The translations under genes were made by a program, and so were the position numbers. A stretch of DNA of 64,000 nt, taken from Eledone cirrhosa. Taxonomy: Eukaryota. This document shows positions 11,689 through 28,300 of the stretch, one piece after another. The stretch covers positions 359,414,001 through 359,478,000 of the forward strand of contig OZ024742.1 of assembly GCA_964016885.1 (NCBI GenBank), given 5' to 3'. Positions within the stretch are counted from its first letter, which is position 1. Each line of letters starts with the position of its first letter. Under the pieces are notes generated by a model that was not told the DNA's origin, made no database searches, and saw only the letters and a list, made by a program, of their open reading frames with translations.

Positions 11689-12690
11689 TTTTAAGAAATA
11701 CATGGCATCAATATAACGGTTATAACATTTTTAAATTTTAAAAACTACTGGAGAAAGAGCATAGAGGAAGAAACAGCTGATGTGATAATATATTTAGTAG
11801 GTGGCTTGAGAAGACAGATGAGAGATGATTAAAGAGAGAGACAAAGGGGAGTAATTTATGTTCAAGTTTATATACACACAGATTTCTATATAATCAACAT
11901 GTGTCCAGAGATATATAGTTGGCGGTTAATTTTCAAAATATTTAATTTATGTTATTTCAGGGTAAAGAATCATATTTTAGGTTTTAAAAGTTAATAGGTA
12001 TTTGTATTAATATTATAATATAATTATGTTTAATTTCTAAAATTCAAATTTTATGAAAACATAAAATTTGAATTTTAGAAATTAAACATAATTATATTAT
12101 AATATTAATACAAATACCTATTAACTTTTAAAACCTAAAATATGATTCTTTACCCTGAAATAACATAAATTAAATATTTTGAAAATTAACCGCCAACTAT
12201 ATTATTCTGGACACATGTTGATTATATAGAAATCTGTGTGTATATAAACTTTAATCATCTCTTTAATCAACTCTTTAATCATCTCTTTAATCATCTCTCA
12301 TCTGTCTTCTCAAGCCACCTACTAAATATATTATCACATCAGCTGTTTCTTCCTCTATGCTCTTTCTCCAGTAGTTTTTAAAATTTAAAAATGTTATAAC
12401 CGTTATATTGATGCCATGTATTTCTTAAAATCTATTACATGCACCCTCTCTATTGTTTGTATTATGTTATCTCATGTTATCAATATTAGGGTATAAATAT
12501 TGAGTTTTGTCATAAGTTAATCACTACCTTGAGTGAATCTTAACTATCTACTATGTCAGGGTATGTCATGTATCATTTTATTTTATCTGATGAGGACGTA
12601 CTGTTGAACTTAACTCAGTACCTCTGAAATATGTATAATAAAATATAATTGATCACAAGAATATCTATTTTGTTAATATTTTGAATTAAT
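11689..12690 (+). mobile_element. Foldback element (740-bp palindrome) followed by a pLTR-like segment with a hammerhead; Penelope-derived remnant
   Basis: 11689-12055 is inverted at 12060-12430 with a 4-nt loop; 12536-12690 is homologous to 29355-29505 (minus). Confidence 0.7.
12579..12645 (+). ncRNA. Minimal type I hammerhead ribozyme
   Basis: TATTTTAT-CTGATGA-GGACGTACTG..CAGTACCTCT-GAAA-TATGTA-TA-ATAAAATA; 8-bp stem I; near-palindromic stem III. Confidence 0.8.
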
Positions 12691-12902
12691 ATACATATAT
12701 ATTTATATATATATACACTCACACACTTTTAAATTAGTCTGTTACTATAGAACTGAACACATCTTAAATATCTTTCAACCAGATTTCTAATCTATTCTTC
12801 CGTTGATTAAACAATTGTAACGTTCATCGTTCAAACCGACGGAGGTCTTTCATTGATGGTATATAATATTTAATTGTCATTATATATTTATATTATAAGG
12901 CC

Positions 12903-13091
12903 GGTGGATTGGCAGTATCGGTAGAGGATCGGACGCCATGCTTTGACGCATAGAGTTACGGCCCTTGCCATTCTGAGTTCAAATCCCGCCGAGGTTAACT
13001 TTGCCTTTCATCCTTACGAGGTCTATAAAATAAAGTACCAGTAATGTACTGGGTAATTGCTGGCCTTGTGCCAAAAGTAGAAACAATTATA
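12903..13091 (+). mobile_element. tRNA-derived SINE
   Basis: Same family as 10498-10686. Confidence 0.88.
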
Positions 13092-13205
13092 TATTTATAT
13101 CCCTATACGAAATATTTCATATTCGTATATTTTATAAGACGAGACTAGAAATATTTTATGGAATTTAACACTGGTACTGACACAGACGAGGTCCATCTTT
13201 ACGAT

Positions 13206-13312
13206 ATAATTGTTTCTACTATTGGCACAAGGCCAGCAATTATCCAGTACACTACTGGTACTTTATTTTATCGACCGCGTAAGGATGAAAGGCAAAGTCA
13301 ACCTCAGCGGGA
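13206..13312 (-). mobile_element. SINE 3' half
   Basis: Reverse complement of SINE core and tail. Confidence 0.85.
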
Positions 13313-13879
13313 TACTATATAATGTTTTGTAAGGAGGAGCCACATGGTAAAGTGTTATTTTAAAGATGTTATTGTATACCCCCAGCTATGGGTTAAATAG
13401 CCTCACCAACTTACAGTTAGTCAAACGTGGTAAGTACGTCTACAACCCTGGTATGATCAAAACCAAAGAGGAAGTGGTGGAGGTCAACCAGGGAGGGGTT
13501 CCTCCAACAAAAGTGAGAAGGCCCTGGATTGGAACACTGTCTTTACATCCCTAAGTTATTATTACAGTGTATGTAAATAAGGATCTTTAACTCCTCGTAG
13601 GGGCATATTGTGTGGATTTGGGGTAGTTTGACCTAGTAGAGCTCATTCCCTCCACAGAAGATTCCTTCCAGAGAGAGGGAGGAGGAAAACAAGGTAGAGG
13701 TAGAGGTGGAGATAGAGGGGAGAAGAGAAGGGAAAAGAGGGGAAGGAGGGGTTGGGTGAGAAGCAGAGGGGGAGCGAGTGAAAATAGAGGGAGAGAGGTT
13801 GGAGGGAGTGAATGAAAGAGAGAGAGAACGAGAGAGTGAGAGAAGAACTGAGAAAGAAATATAGAGGAAGAATCAACCC

Positions 13880-14060
13880 AATATATGACTGGAACTTTTT
13901 TATCGACTTCGAAATTATGAAAGGCAAAGTTGACCAGGGCGGGGTTTGAACTCCGAGCCCAGATATCCAGAACTAATATTGCAACAAAGCCACCAAAGGG
14001 AAAGCCACAATGAATAACGCAATGCATTCTATCCAACGTTTTAACGACTCTGCCAATTTG
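13880..14060 (-). mobile_element. Divergent SINE copy
   Basis: Minus strand reads GAGTTCAAACCCCGCC..AACTTTGCCTTTCAT..GTCGATAAAAAAGTTCCAG. Confidence 0.65.
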
Positions 14061-14091
14061 TAGTCATATTATTATAACAAGGGTAGAGGGC

Positions 14092-14311
14092 GGTGGATTG
14101 GCAGTATCAGAAGAGGGTCGGACGCCATACTTTGCAGCATAGAGTTACGGCACTTTATGATGTGAGCTCAAATCCCGCCGAGGTTAACTTTGCCTTTCAT
14201 CCTTATGGTGTCGATAAAATAAAGTACCAGTCACGCACTGAGGTCGATTTAATCGACTTTCCCCTCCCCCCAAATTACTGACCTTGTGCCTATATAAGAA
14301 ACCATTATTAT
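14092..14311 (+). mobile_element. tRNA-derived SINE (longer variant)
   Basis: Same family, with an extra ~28-nt segment before the tail. Confidence 0.85.
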
Positions 14312-14323
14312 AACAAGGGTACT

Positions 14324-14512
14324 GGATTGGCAGTATTGGTAGAGGGTCCGACGCCATGCTTTGACGCATAGAGTTACGGCCCTTGCCATTCTGAGTTCAA
14401 ATCCCGCCGAAGTTAACTTTGCTTTGCATCCTTACGGAGTCGATAAAATAAAGTACTAGTAATGCACTGGGTAATTACTGGCCTTGTGCCAAAAGTAGAA
14501 ACAATTATTATA
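14324..14512 (+). mobile_element. tRNA-derived SINE
   Basis: Same family; tandem to the previous copy. Confidence 0.85.
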
Positions 14513-14677
14513 ACAAAGCTGCGAATAACTCTGTATCCAGAAATGCCGGAGGCTTGTGGTGACGTATTAGTTTTATCACTTAGAGATAATGGATATGTTG
14601 TGATGTTAAGATGGAAATCATAAAGGAGGAGGAAGAGCTTCTGAGTGAGATGATTTTCAATATTATTTTGGAAGGGC

Positions 14678-14859
14678 AGTGGATTGGCAGTATCGGTAGA
14701 GAGTCGGACGCCAAGCATAAAGTTACGGCCCTTGCCATTCTGAGTTCAAATCCCGCCGAGGTTAACTTTGCCTTTCATCCTTACGTGGTCGATAAAATAA
14801 AGTACCAGTAATACACTGGGATAATTGCTGGCCTTGTGCCAAAAGTAGAAACAATTATT
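14678..14859 (+). mobile_element. tRNA-derived SINE
   Basis: Same family. Confidence 0.85.
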
Positions 14860-15119
14860 GTGGAAGTCCAGAGATCAAGTGAAACAAATGCTAAACAGTT
14901 TGACAGAAGGTGTGGGAGAAAATACCGTGGTTTTATAAGACCACTTAGACTATATTTTAGGGAGGACTCTTACCTTGCTATAAAATGTGATACTTGTGTC
15001 AAAGACGCAAATAGCATTGTAAGGGTTCTATCGCTGTTGCTTGATATGTTGCAAACAGACGACAAAACTTCCTCAAATCCCACCAAACATTTGCTCTCCC
15101 AATCCCCCTCTCTTTTTAT

Positions 15120-18141
<3,022 letters not shown>

Positions 18142-21100
18142 AGACAAACCCTCTAACACCTCCATGGAAACCGTGCGGCCTGATCCCCGAAGAGGTGAGT
18201 GTTTTCTTCTCCTCTTCTTTTAACTTTTCAGAACCAACATGGCCAATATAAGAGTTGGATGTGTGAATGTACGCGGCCTAGGGATGCTCTGAAATCAGGG
18301 CAAACTCTTAACCGGCCTCAGGTCACACAGTATGGATATAGTAGCCATTTGCGAGTCCAGGATCCACAGCGAGCGACAACTGGCCCCCATCTTCTATAAC
18401 TTTGAGATCTACGCACCTCTCTGTCGGCCGGGGGGTGGGGGCGGGGTTGCCGTTTTGCTGGGGAAACACCTGGGCCTCGTAAAACAGACGGTACATCTGG
18501 ACCCGGAGGGGCGACTGGTGGTCCTAGACGTTGACGGTAGTGAAGGTGGAGCCTTCAGGCTGGTGGCCGCTTATGCCCCATCCGGGCGACCGCGGCCAGA
18601 CTTCTTCAAACGTCTAGAGACTTTTCAGGGAACGTCCCGCTCCTTGCTTTTAGTGGGGGACTGGAATGGAATCCTAGATGCACGTTGGGACTATGTGGGA
18701 GCATGTCCCGATAAAAGGGGTTGTAACAACCTCAAACAGTTAATCGGCCGATTTGACCTGGCCGATAGATATCGACTAGATTTTCCGATTGTGCCAATGT
18801 GGACGTGGACTAATCGCAGCGGAACATCTAGATCGTACCTAGATATGGTTCTAGTTAGAAAGAAGGATAGGGACATGTTAAGCTGTCCACAAATGTTCAT
18901 GGTTGCCTATTCAGGTCACAAACTAGTGATCTGCATGGCCAACCTTGATAGAACCGATATACAAGGACCCGGCTACTGGAAGCTGAACTTGCCGTTACCG
19001 ACATGCAAAGCCTACAGTAGACGGATTAGCATTTTAGTTAAACAGCACTTGACAGGGGGCCATTGTCAACAACAGATGGTGGTACTCTCTCAAGAAGGCA
19101 GTTAGATTAGACTCGTTAGTTTTTAGTAAAGAATTAGCGTTAGATAGAAATAGAACCGAGAAGGAACTGGTAGAAAAAGTAGAAGAGGCAATAGAAGTGG
19201 CAACGTAGCCAGCGTACTAGCAATGAGAACGGCCTTGGACCAGTTCTTTGACGCAAAGCACGAGGGTTGCGTTGTCAGAAGCAAAATACGCGCTCTGGGA
19301 AACGAGGGAGCCAAAGCTGTTAGCTGGGCCCGAGTGACGGAGGCGAAAAGTGGCAACAAGTCCACGATTCGGTCTGTGAAGGACCAAAACGGACGCGTGA
19401 TACGTGAGCCGAAGCAGTTATGCACGGCCTTTCAGCTGCACTTTGCTCAACTGTTCGGGCAGGGCGGCGCGCTGGTAGGGGTTATGGATTTCGTTCCATA
19501 CCTCGACGGCCTACCGCGACTCTCGGACAGCGAGGCTAAGTTCTGCGAAAAACGATTTCAGCCGCTGAGATAGGGGACGCGCTGAGCCAATGCGGCAAAC
19601 GCAAATCTCCAGATCTCGACGGTCTACCCTACGAATTTTACGTAGCAATGCCGGACTTATTCTCCGGTCTCCTGGAAGCGGTCTACTGCAACTGGCAACA
19701 GAACGGGAGAATTCCCAGTTCTGTGACCGGGGGGCTTAGTCACACTAGTCAGGAAGGACGAGAATAAGGGGGATAACATAGGAAACTTTCGGCCCATAAC
19801 TCTACTAAACACAGAGATACAGATTTTGGCCATGTGTTGGCAAAGAGGCTGGCGCTTGTCATCGAGAACCTGGTGGGAGAAGCGCAGACATGCGCAATCC
19901 CGACCAGGTCCATATACGACAACCTCCACCTCATGCGATACATCATAGACAAGGCAGGGTGTAAACAGGGCTTCGGTGGGGCCTTGGTCAACTTGGATCA
20001 GTCTAAGGCTTTCGATAGGGTTGACCATCGTTACCTGGATGCCGTGCTCGAGGCGGCACGCTTCGGACCCGTGTTCAGGGGCTGGATTGCTGCAATGCAT
20101 AACAGCAACATCTGCCCAAGGGTCAAGGTGAACGGCTACCTCTCGAAGTCGTTCCATATCACGCGATCCATTCGATAAAGATGCCCTCTCTCCTCCCTCC
20201 TGTACGTACTGACTCTCGAAACACGACTGCGGAAGTTGGAACTATTGCAGGGCATCCCTCTGGAACCGGGACTTCGGAAAGCGGCATGGGCCTACACCGA
20301 CGACGTGACAGTAATGGTGTCGAGCGCCTCGCAAATCGGCACCTTACTGAAGGAATACGAAAGGTTCACAGGAGCGAAGCTGAACCGTGACAAGTCCATC
20401 GGTTTGCAACTCGGATCGTGGAGAGGCAAACCGATGCCTTCCGATGGCGTCGTCGGACGCTGGACGGAAGGACCGGTAAAGCTGCTCGGGGTCTGGTTTG
20501 GTCCGGACCTCCAGGTTCAGAAGAACTGGAACGAGGTGACGGCCGAGGTGTTTGCACTCACCCAGAAGTGGGCCGAGTGCAAACTATCCTTGAAAGGTCG
20601 AGCGGAGATGGCGAACACTTTTATAGCGTCCGCCATCTACTACCGCTTGACCGTCGTGCCTTGTCCAGCCAAACGCTCGCCAAAATGGAGCGCGCGCTCT
20701 TCCAATTCCTTTGGAAGAGACGGGCTCCTTTGGTGAGACAATCCATCTGCTGCCAACACCCTTCCAACGGAGGGCTGGGAGTGCCGTGGCTGACGATGCG
20801 CAAACGCGCACTCAGGCTGCGGCATCTCTACGTATACCTCACCGGACAACCGGTGTGGGCCCCGTACGTGAGGCGTGCCTTCCCACGACTCGTCTCGCTG
20901 ACCGAGCTGCAGTCCTAGGTCAAGCAAAGACCGAGGAAAATGGGCGACTGGCACATCAAATGTGCTCAGGCGCTCACAGCCCTCTGGCAGGCGGACCCAG
21001 AGATCAGTGGAGACTCCACTTCATCATTCTATAGAGGGTTGATCTGCAGAAAATGCGACGACGCGCTCGGTGAAAATATAGGTGTAGAGGAAGACGAACT

Positions 21101-21917
21101 GGCCAGTCTGTTCGGTAGGACCTTCCGCCCAGGACCGATGGACAACTTCCAAAAGTCCCTGGCCTGGCAGTGCTACCGAGGAACTCTACCAGTTCGAGAC
21201 AAGCTCTACAGACATGGGCTCCCGGGCAGGGACCCTGCAAAAAAGATCTGTCCGGGGTGCGTGTGAGACGAAGAAACCGTCGCGCACGCATTCATACACT
21301 GCCCGGGCGTCACCGACCTGTGGGGCTATGTAGAACGACTATTGTCGCGGGTGGGACCAATCCGGTTGACCACCGAGTCCATTGTCATGATCAAACCGCC
21401 ACCCTCCTTTAAAAACGAAGGAGAGTCGGTTTTCCTTTGTGTGATAGCTATGGCGAAAGAGGTTGTATTGTGGACAAGGTTGAAAGGGCTGAGGTCAGAC
21501 ACCTTTCTCTCCGGCCAACAACTGATTCTTTTTTTTAAATACCACTTTGGAAGAAGAATCAGGATGGAGAGAGAGGTGCTGTACTCCAGCAAGTTTTATG
21601 AAGGTGGGTGAAAGTGGCGAGAATGTCCCGAGTGAATGGGCCTTCTCTCTATATAAGCCTGTAGGTTGAGGAAAAAGAGGAGGAGAGGAAAGGAGTACAA
21701 ACTATTCGTATTCCTGGATATGAGGGTTGCACATTTTTTTTCGGGGGTATGTGTTACCCATATGTACTGTCTCCCCCTATTGGGGAAAATCGACTAATTT
21801 TTAAATTGCATTTGTGATAATATTTTACACGTTTTTATTGTATGTAAACTACCCCGTTTGTATTTGTCCCCTTCTTTTGTGCCCCTGTGGCTAATAAAGA
21901 AACATATCTATCTATCT
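18142..21917 (+). mobile_element. Tx1 LINE family B, truncated within the end of ORF1, degenerate ORF2
   Basis: ORF2 ATG at 18239 (MANIRV); APE, RT and zinc-finger fragments; 3' end AATAAAGAAACAT+ATCTATCTATCT. Confidence 0.9.
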
Positions 21918-22020
21918 GCCAGGTCAAAATTTGATCTGGTCAGTCTCTCAAAATATTCTACGCCTTTAGGCGAAATAGTACATAAAAGGTTTTTTTTGGA
22001 AAAGCTAACATTTTTTTTAA

Positions 22021-22298
22021 ATGACCGAAGCCTCTTCACCAACATTCGAAGGAGGAAAGGGGAAGATATGCTTACAGCTTCCCCCTGCCACTGTCATAGT
22101 AGCAGATGTCAAAGGCAAAGGTCAGCCAGAGGAAGGATTTTCTCCAGCTGCTGACCGACAACTTGACGTTGCCATGGCAACAAACCAAAACAACACAACA
22201 AGCGGCACCAGCAACAACAATAACAACAATGCTATGAACGAAAACACAACTTCAGAAATGAATTCCGCAACCACAGATCAAGCAATCGAGAACTATAA

Positions 22299-22340
<42 letters not shown>

Positions 22341-23922
22341 CGACAACAATGATAACAACAACAACAGCAACAATGATGACAACAACACCAGCAGCAGCAA
22401 CAATAATGACAACAACACCAACAAGAACATCTCCACAAACAAGGAAAAAAAGGTTTCGTTTGCACAAACTGTCCAAAAGACAGAACTATATACACAGATT
22501 GACATCTCTAATGCTGGAGAATTGCTAAGAGATGCCAAGCAATATATAACTTTCGGGGAGAATGGCGTTTTTAGCATCACTTCTCCCCAAGAATTGCGTA
22601 GAGACACTGTCCTGAAGACGATAGTTTTTAGGGCAATCTCAAATACCACCAGAAAACCAGCTCAATTAACTCAAAACGAAATTGAGCTGGTTCTAAGAAA
22701 CTCCATGAAGCACATTACCTGCATACAGAAGGGAAAACTCTTCGGGAGTTTATCAATAATAATGAAAGACCAATTGACGGCACATAAATATTCTGTGTCG
22801 CCAATTGTGTCCCCCCTCTACACCTTTTTCCCCACATACATGGGAAAAGGGACCCAAAAAATAAAAGTAACAAATATCACAGCAAATGTAAACATCTGGT
22901 GGATATTAACTGGTTTCATCAATTTTGATGAAGATACAGTAATTTCGGTAGGAAAGTCCTCCAGGGGCATTTTCAACGGTACAAACTTAGAAGTTCTGGT
23001 CCAAATGAGACCAGAACGGATAGCTAGAATACCACAACGTGTGCCTCTGGATGGGAATTCCTACATAAACATTTCTGTTGAGGGTAGGCGGCCTTCATGT
23101 TACCACTGTTTAAGCAGTGGTCACCTGAGGGCTTCCTGTCCTCAATTAACTGCATTAAAAAAAGGCACTACTGCCGACACCCAACACAACACAACAACAC
23201 AACCACCACCACCACAACAACAACAACAACAACACACAAAAACAAACCAAACTGCAAACAAAGACCCACCCAACCCTTCCCCACCTAAAACAACTCCAGA
23301 AACAGCCACACACATAACAGCTCCCCAAAATGTACCCCTCCCCAACAACACGGATGAGGCCTCATCATCGTCACCCAGTGACGATGAGGGAGAGCCTTTC
23401 CGACTAGTAAAAAGAAAACAGAAAAGACATAACACAAACAAATATGCAACAAACACACCAACACCAATACAAGCGACGCAAACAGCACAAACAAAAACAC
23501 CCCCTCCTGAAAGCAATACACCTACTGCAAAACGTAAACACACACAAGAACCACAGAAAAAAAGCAACACATCACAACAAAAATGTTACACATACATAAA
23601 TACTAACAATAAAACTTTAACAGACACCATACACTCTTCGGAGAATCCTAATCTTAAAATGATTAGGATATCCATGGACACACATAAACAGTTAAAAGAA
23701 AAATTTCCTAACGACGTAGGTAACCCCTGCGCCAAACCATATAACCGCGTCCTTTTGAAATGTTTCTCCACCCCCACCCGAGACACCCCCACTTCACCTG
23801 ACACCCCCTCCCCACCAAACATTTCCGTCCCCACCGTGCCAGAGACCACCACCCTACCAAACAGCCCCTCCAACACCTCCATGGAAATTGTGCAGCCTGG
23901 TCCCCAGGAGACGAAAAGGTGA
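22021..23922 (+). CDS. Tx1 ORF1 (gag-like nucleic-acid-binding protein, CCHC knuckle), 633 aa, open
   Basis: VEGRRPSCYHCLSSGHLRASC; homologous to the other ORF1s; lies directly upstream of the APE ORF. Confidence 0.88.
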
Positions 23923-23962
23923 GTGATTTCTTTTCCTCTTCTTTTAACTTTTCAGCACCAAC

Positions 23963-26900
23963 ATGGCCAATATAAGAGTCGGATGTGTGAAAGTACGCGG
24001 CCTGGGGATGCCCTGGAAACAGGGAAAACCCTTAAACGACCTCAGGTCGCACAGTATGGATGTAGTAGCCATTTACGAGTCCAGGATCCATAGCGAGCGA
24101 CAACTGGTCCCCATATTCGACGACTTTGATATCTACGCATCTCTATGTCAGCCGGCAGGTGGGGGTGGGGTTGCCGTTTTGCTGCGGAAACAACTGGACC
24201 TCGTAACACAGACGGTACATCTGGACCCGGAGGGGCGACTGGTGGTCCTAGATGTTGACGCTAGTGAAGGTGGGGCCTTCAGGCTGGTGGCCGCATATGC
24301 CCCATCTGGGACACCACGGCCAGACTTCTTCAAACGTCTAGAGACTTTTCTGGAAACACCCGCTCCCTGCAGTTAGTGGGGGACTGGAATGGAATCCTAG
24401 ATGCACGTTGGGACTATGTGGGTGCATGTCCCAATAAAGGGGGGTGTAACAGCCTCAAACAGTTAATCGGCCGATTTGACCTGGCTGATAGATATCGACT
24501 AGATTTTACGACTGTGTCACTGTGGACGTGGACTAATCGCAGCGGAACATATAGATCGTACCTAGATAGGGTTCTAGTTAGAAAGAAGGATAGGGACATG
24601 TTAAGCTGTCCACAATTGTTCATGGTTGCCTATTCAGATCACAATTTAGTGACCTGCTTAGTCAACCTTGACAAAACTCATGGACAGGGACCCGGTTACT
24701 GGAAGCTGAACTTGTCGTTACCGATATGCAAAGCCTACAGTAGACCGATTAGCACTTTAGTTAAGCAGCACTTGACGGGGGCCATTGTCAACAACAGATG
24801 GTGGTACACTCTCAAGAGGGCAGTTAGATTAGACTCGATAGGTTTTAGTAAAGAATTAGTGTTAGATAGAAATAAAACCGAACAGGAACTGGTAGATAAA
24901 GTAGAAGAGGCACTTAGGAGTGACAACGTAGCCAGCGTGCTAGCAACGAGAACGGCCTTGGATCAGTTCTTCGACGCAAAGCATGAAGGCTGCATTGTCA
25001 GAAGCAGAACACGTTCTCTGGGAAACGAGGGAGCAGAAGCTGTTAGCTGGACCCGAGTGACGGAGGCTAAAAGTGGCAACAAGTCCACGATTCGGTCTTT
25101 GAAGAACCAAGACGGACGCGTGATACGTGAGCCGAAGCAGTTGTGCGCGGCCTTTCAACGGCACTTTGCTCAACTGTTCGGGCAGGGCGGCGTGCCGAGA
25201 GGGGCTATGGATTTCGGTCCATACCCCGACGGCCTACCGCGACTCTCGGACAGCGAGGCGAAGTTTTGAGAAAGGCCGATTTCGGCCGCTGAGATAGGGG
25301 ACGCGCTGAGCCAATGCGGCAAACGCAAATCTCCGGGTCTCGACGGTCTACCTTACGAATTTTACGTAGCAATGCGGGACTTGTTCTCCGGTCTCCTGAA
25401 AGCGGTCTACTGCAACTGGCAGCAGAACGGGAGAATTCCCAGTTCTGTGACCAAGAGCGTAGTCACGTTAGTCAGGAAGGATGAGAATAAGGGGAATAAC
25501 TCTGCTATACACAGAGTTACAGATTTTGGCCAAGGTGTTGGCAAAGAGGCTGGCGCTTGTCGTCGAAAACCTGGTGGGAGAAGCGCAGACATGCGCAATC
25601 TCAACCAGGTCCATACACGAGAACCTCCACCTGATGCGATACAAAAATAGAGAGGGTAGGGTGTAAAGCAGGCTTCGGTGGGGCCCTGATCAACATGGAT
25701 CAGTCTAAGGCTTTCGATAGGGTTGACCATCGTTACCTGGATGCGGTGCTCGGGAAAGCAGGCTTCTGCCCCATGTTCAGGGGCTGGATTGCTGCAATGC
25801 ACAGCAGCAACATCTGCTCAAGAGTCAAGGTGAACGGCTACCTCTCGGAGCCGTTCCATATCACGCGATCCATCCGACAGGGATGCCCCCTCTCCTCCCT
25901 TCTGTACGTACTGACTCTCGAGCCACTACTGCGGAAGTTGGAGCTATTGCAGGGCATCACTTTGGAACCGGGACTGCGAAAAGAGGCGTCGGCCTACGCT
26001 GACGACGTAAAAGTAATGGTGTCGAGCACCTCGCAAATTAGGGATGTTGGCACCTTACTGGAGGAATACGAAAGGTTCACAGGAGCGAAGCTAAACCGGG
26101 ACAAATCCGTCGGTTTGCAACTCGGAACGTGGAGAGGAAAACCGATGCATTCCGATGGCGTCGTCGGACGCTGGACGGAAGGACTGGTAAAGCTGCTCGG
26201 GGTCTGGTTTGGTCCGGACCTCCAGGTAGAGAAGAACTGGAACGAGGTGACGGCCAAGGTGTTTGCGCTCACCCAGAAGTAGGCCGAGTGCAAACTATCC
26301 TTGAAAGGTCGAGCGGAGATGGCGAACACTTTTATAGCGTCCGTCATCTACTATCGCTTGACCGTCGTGCCTTGACCAGACAAAACGCTCACCAAAATGG
26401 AGCGCAAGCTCTTCCATTTCCTTTGGAAGAAACGGGCTCTTTTGGTGAGAAGATCCATCTGCTGCCAACACCCTTCAAACGGAGGGCTGGGGTTGCCGTG
26501 GCTGACGATGCGCAAACACGCGCTCAGGCTGCGGCACCTCCATGTATTCCGCACCGGACAACCGCTGTGGGCCCCGTTCGTGAGGCAAGCCTTCCCACGA
26601 CTCGTCTCGCTGACCGAGCTGCAGTCCTGGGTCAAGCAAAGACCGAGGAAAATGGGCGACTGGCACATCGAATGTGCTCAGGCGCTCACAGTCCTCTGGC
26701 AAACGGGCCCATCGATCAGTGGAGATTCCATTTCGACATTCTATAGAGGTTTGGTCCGCAGCAAGTGCGACGACGAGCTCGGAGAAACTCTACGCGTAGA
26801 GGAGGACGAACTGGCCAGTCTGTTCCATAGGACCTTCCGCCCGGGACCAATGGACAACTTCCAAAAGTCCCTGGCCTGGCAGTGCTACCGAGGAGCTCTA

Positions 26901-27376
26901 CCAGTTCGAGATAAGCTCTACAGACACGGGCGCCCGGGTAGGGACTCTTCGAAAAAGATCCGTCCGAGATGCGTGCGCGACGAGGAAACCGTCACGCACG
27001 CATTTGTACACTGCTCGGGCGTTACCGACCTGTGGGGCTATGTAGAACCACTATTGTCGCAGGTGGGACCAATCCAGTTGACCACCGAATCTATTATCAT
27101 GATCAAACCGCCACCCTCCTTCAAAAACGAGGGAGATGCGGTTTTCCTATTTGTTATGGCTATGGTGAAAGAGGTTATATGGTGGACGAGGTTAAAAGGG
27201 CTGAGGTCAGACACCTTCTCTCCGGCGAGCACTGATTCGTTTTTTCAAATATCATTTTGGAAGAAGAATCAGGATGTAGAAAGAGGTGCTGTACCCCAGC
27301 AAATTTTATAAAAGGTGGGTGAATGTGACAAAGATGGCCCGAGTGGTTGGGCCTTCTCTCTATATAAGCCTGTAGG
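23963..27376 (+). pseudogene. Tx1 ORF2 (APE-RT-zinc finger) with frameshifts and stops
   Basis: Fragments 23963-24376, 24376-25269, 25695-26282 (QGCPLS, YADD) and 26397-27311. Confidence 0.9.
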
Positions 27377-28159
27377 TTGAGGAAAAAGAGGAAGAACGGA
27401 AGGGAGTACTCACTCTTGGTGCTCCTGGAGATGAGGGTTGTACATTTTTTCAGGGTTTGTACAACCCCTGTGTAACGCCTACCCCCTATTGGGGATTTCA
27501 ATTGTTATTTGTTATTTTATTAATAGTTTTATTTTCATATACCTGTATGTAAACTCCCCATTTGTATTTGTCCCCTTCTTTTGTGCCCTTATGGAGAGAG
27601 AGGTGCTGTACCCCAGGAAGTTTTATGAAAGATGGGTGAAAGTGGCGAGAATGGCCTGAGTGCGTGCGCATTCTCTCCATATCAGCCTGTAGTTTGAGGA
27701 AAATGAGGAGGAGAGGAAAGAGGTACAAACTCTTTGTACTCCTGGAGATGTGGGTTGCATATTTTTTCGGGGTATGTGTTACCCATATGTAATGTCTCCC
27801 CCTATTGGGGAAAATCGATTAACTTTTAAATTGTATATGTGATAGTATTTTACACATTTTTATTGTATGTAAACTTCCCCGTTTGTATTTGTCCCCTTTT
27901 TTTGTGCCCCTGTGGCTAATAAAGAAACATATCTATCTATCTAATAAAGAAATATATCTGTATATACACAACCAATATATGTCAACTGTACTATAGAGGG
28001 AAATTTGCAACAAAGTCACCCCTGAACAAACAGACTCATGATTACAGGCAGTACAGCTGTGAGGCGGCGAGTTGGCACACTTTGTAGCCTTATTATACAT
28101 CTGGTATATACTTTCGTATAGGTCTCTATTTTGAACCACACTGTGTTAGTGTTAATGCT

Positions 28160-28300
28160 AATTAATTGTTTCTATTTTTGGCACAAGGCCAGCACTTATT
28201 TCAGGACATTACTGGTACTTTATTTTATCGACCCCGTAAGGAAGAAAGGCAAAGTTAACCTCGGCGGGATTTGAACCCAGACCATAAAGGGCCGTAACTC
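28160..28300 (-). mobile_element. SINE, 5'-truncated
   Basis: Reverse complement of SINE B-box, core and tail. Confidence 0.82.

Larger units (their letters stand above)
21918..27942 (+). mobile_element. Full-length Tx1 LINE family B with an extra sibling 3'-end fragment (27591-27930)
   Basis: Flanked by (ATCT)3 on both sides; intact ORF1 and degenerate ORF2 (23963-27376). Confidence 0.92.

Noticed and set aside
12903-12990. Possible tRNA gene
   Set aside because: A and B boxes are present but there is no cloverleaf; it is the head of a multicopy SINE.
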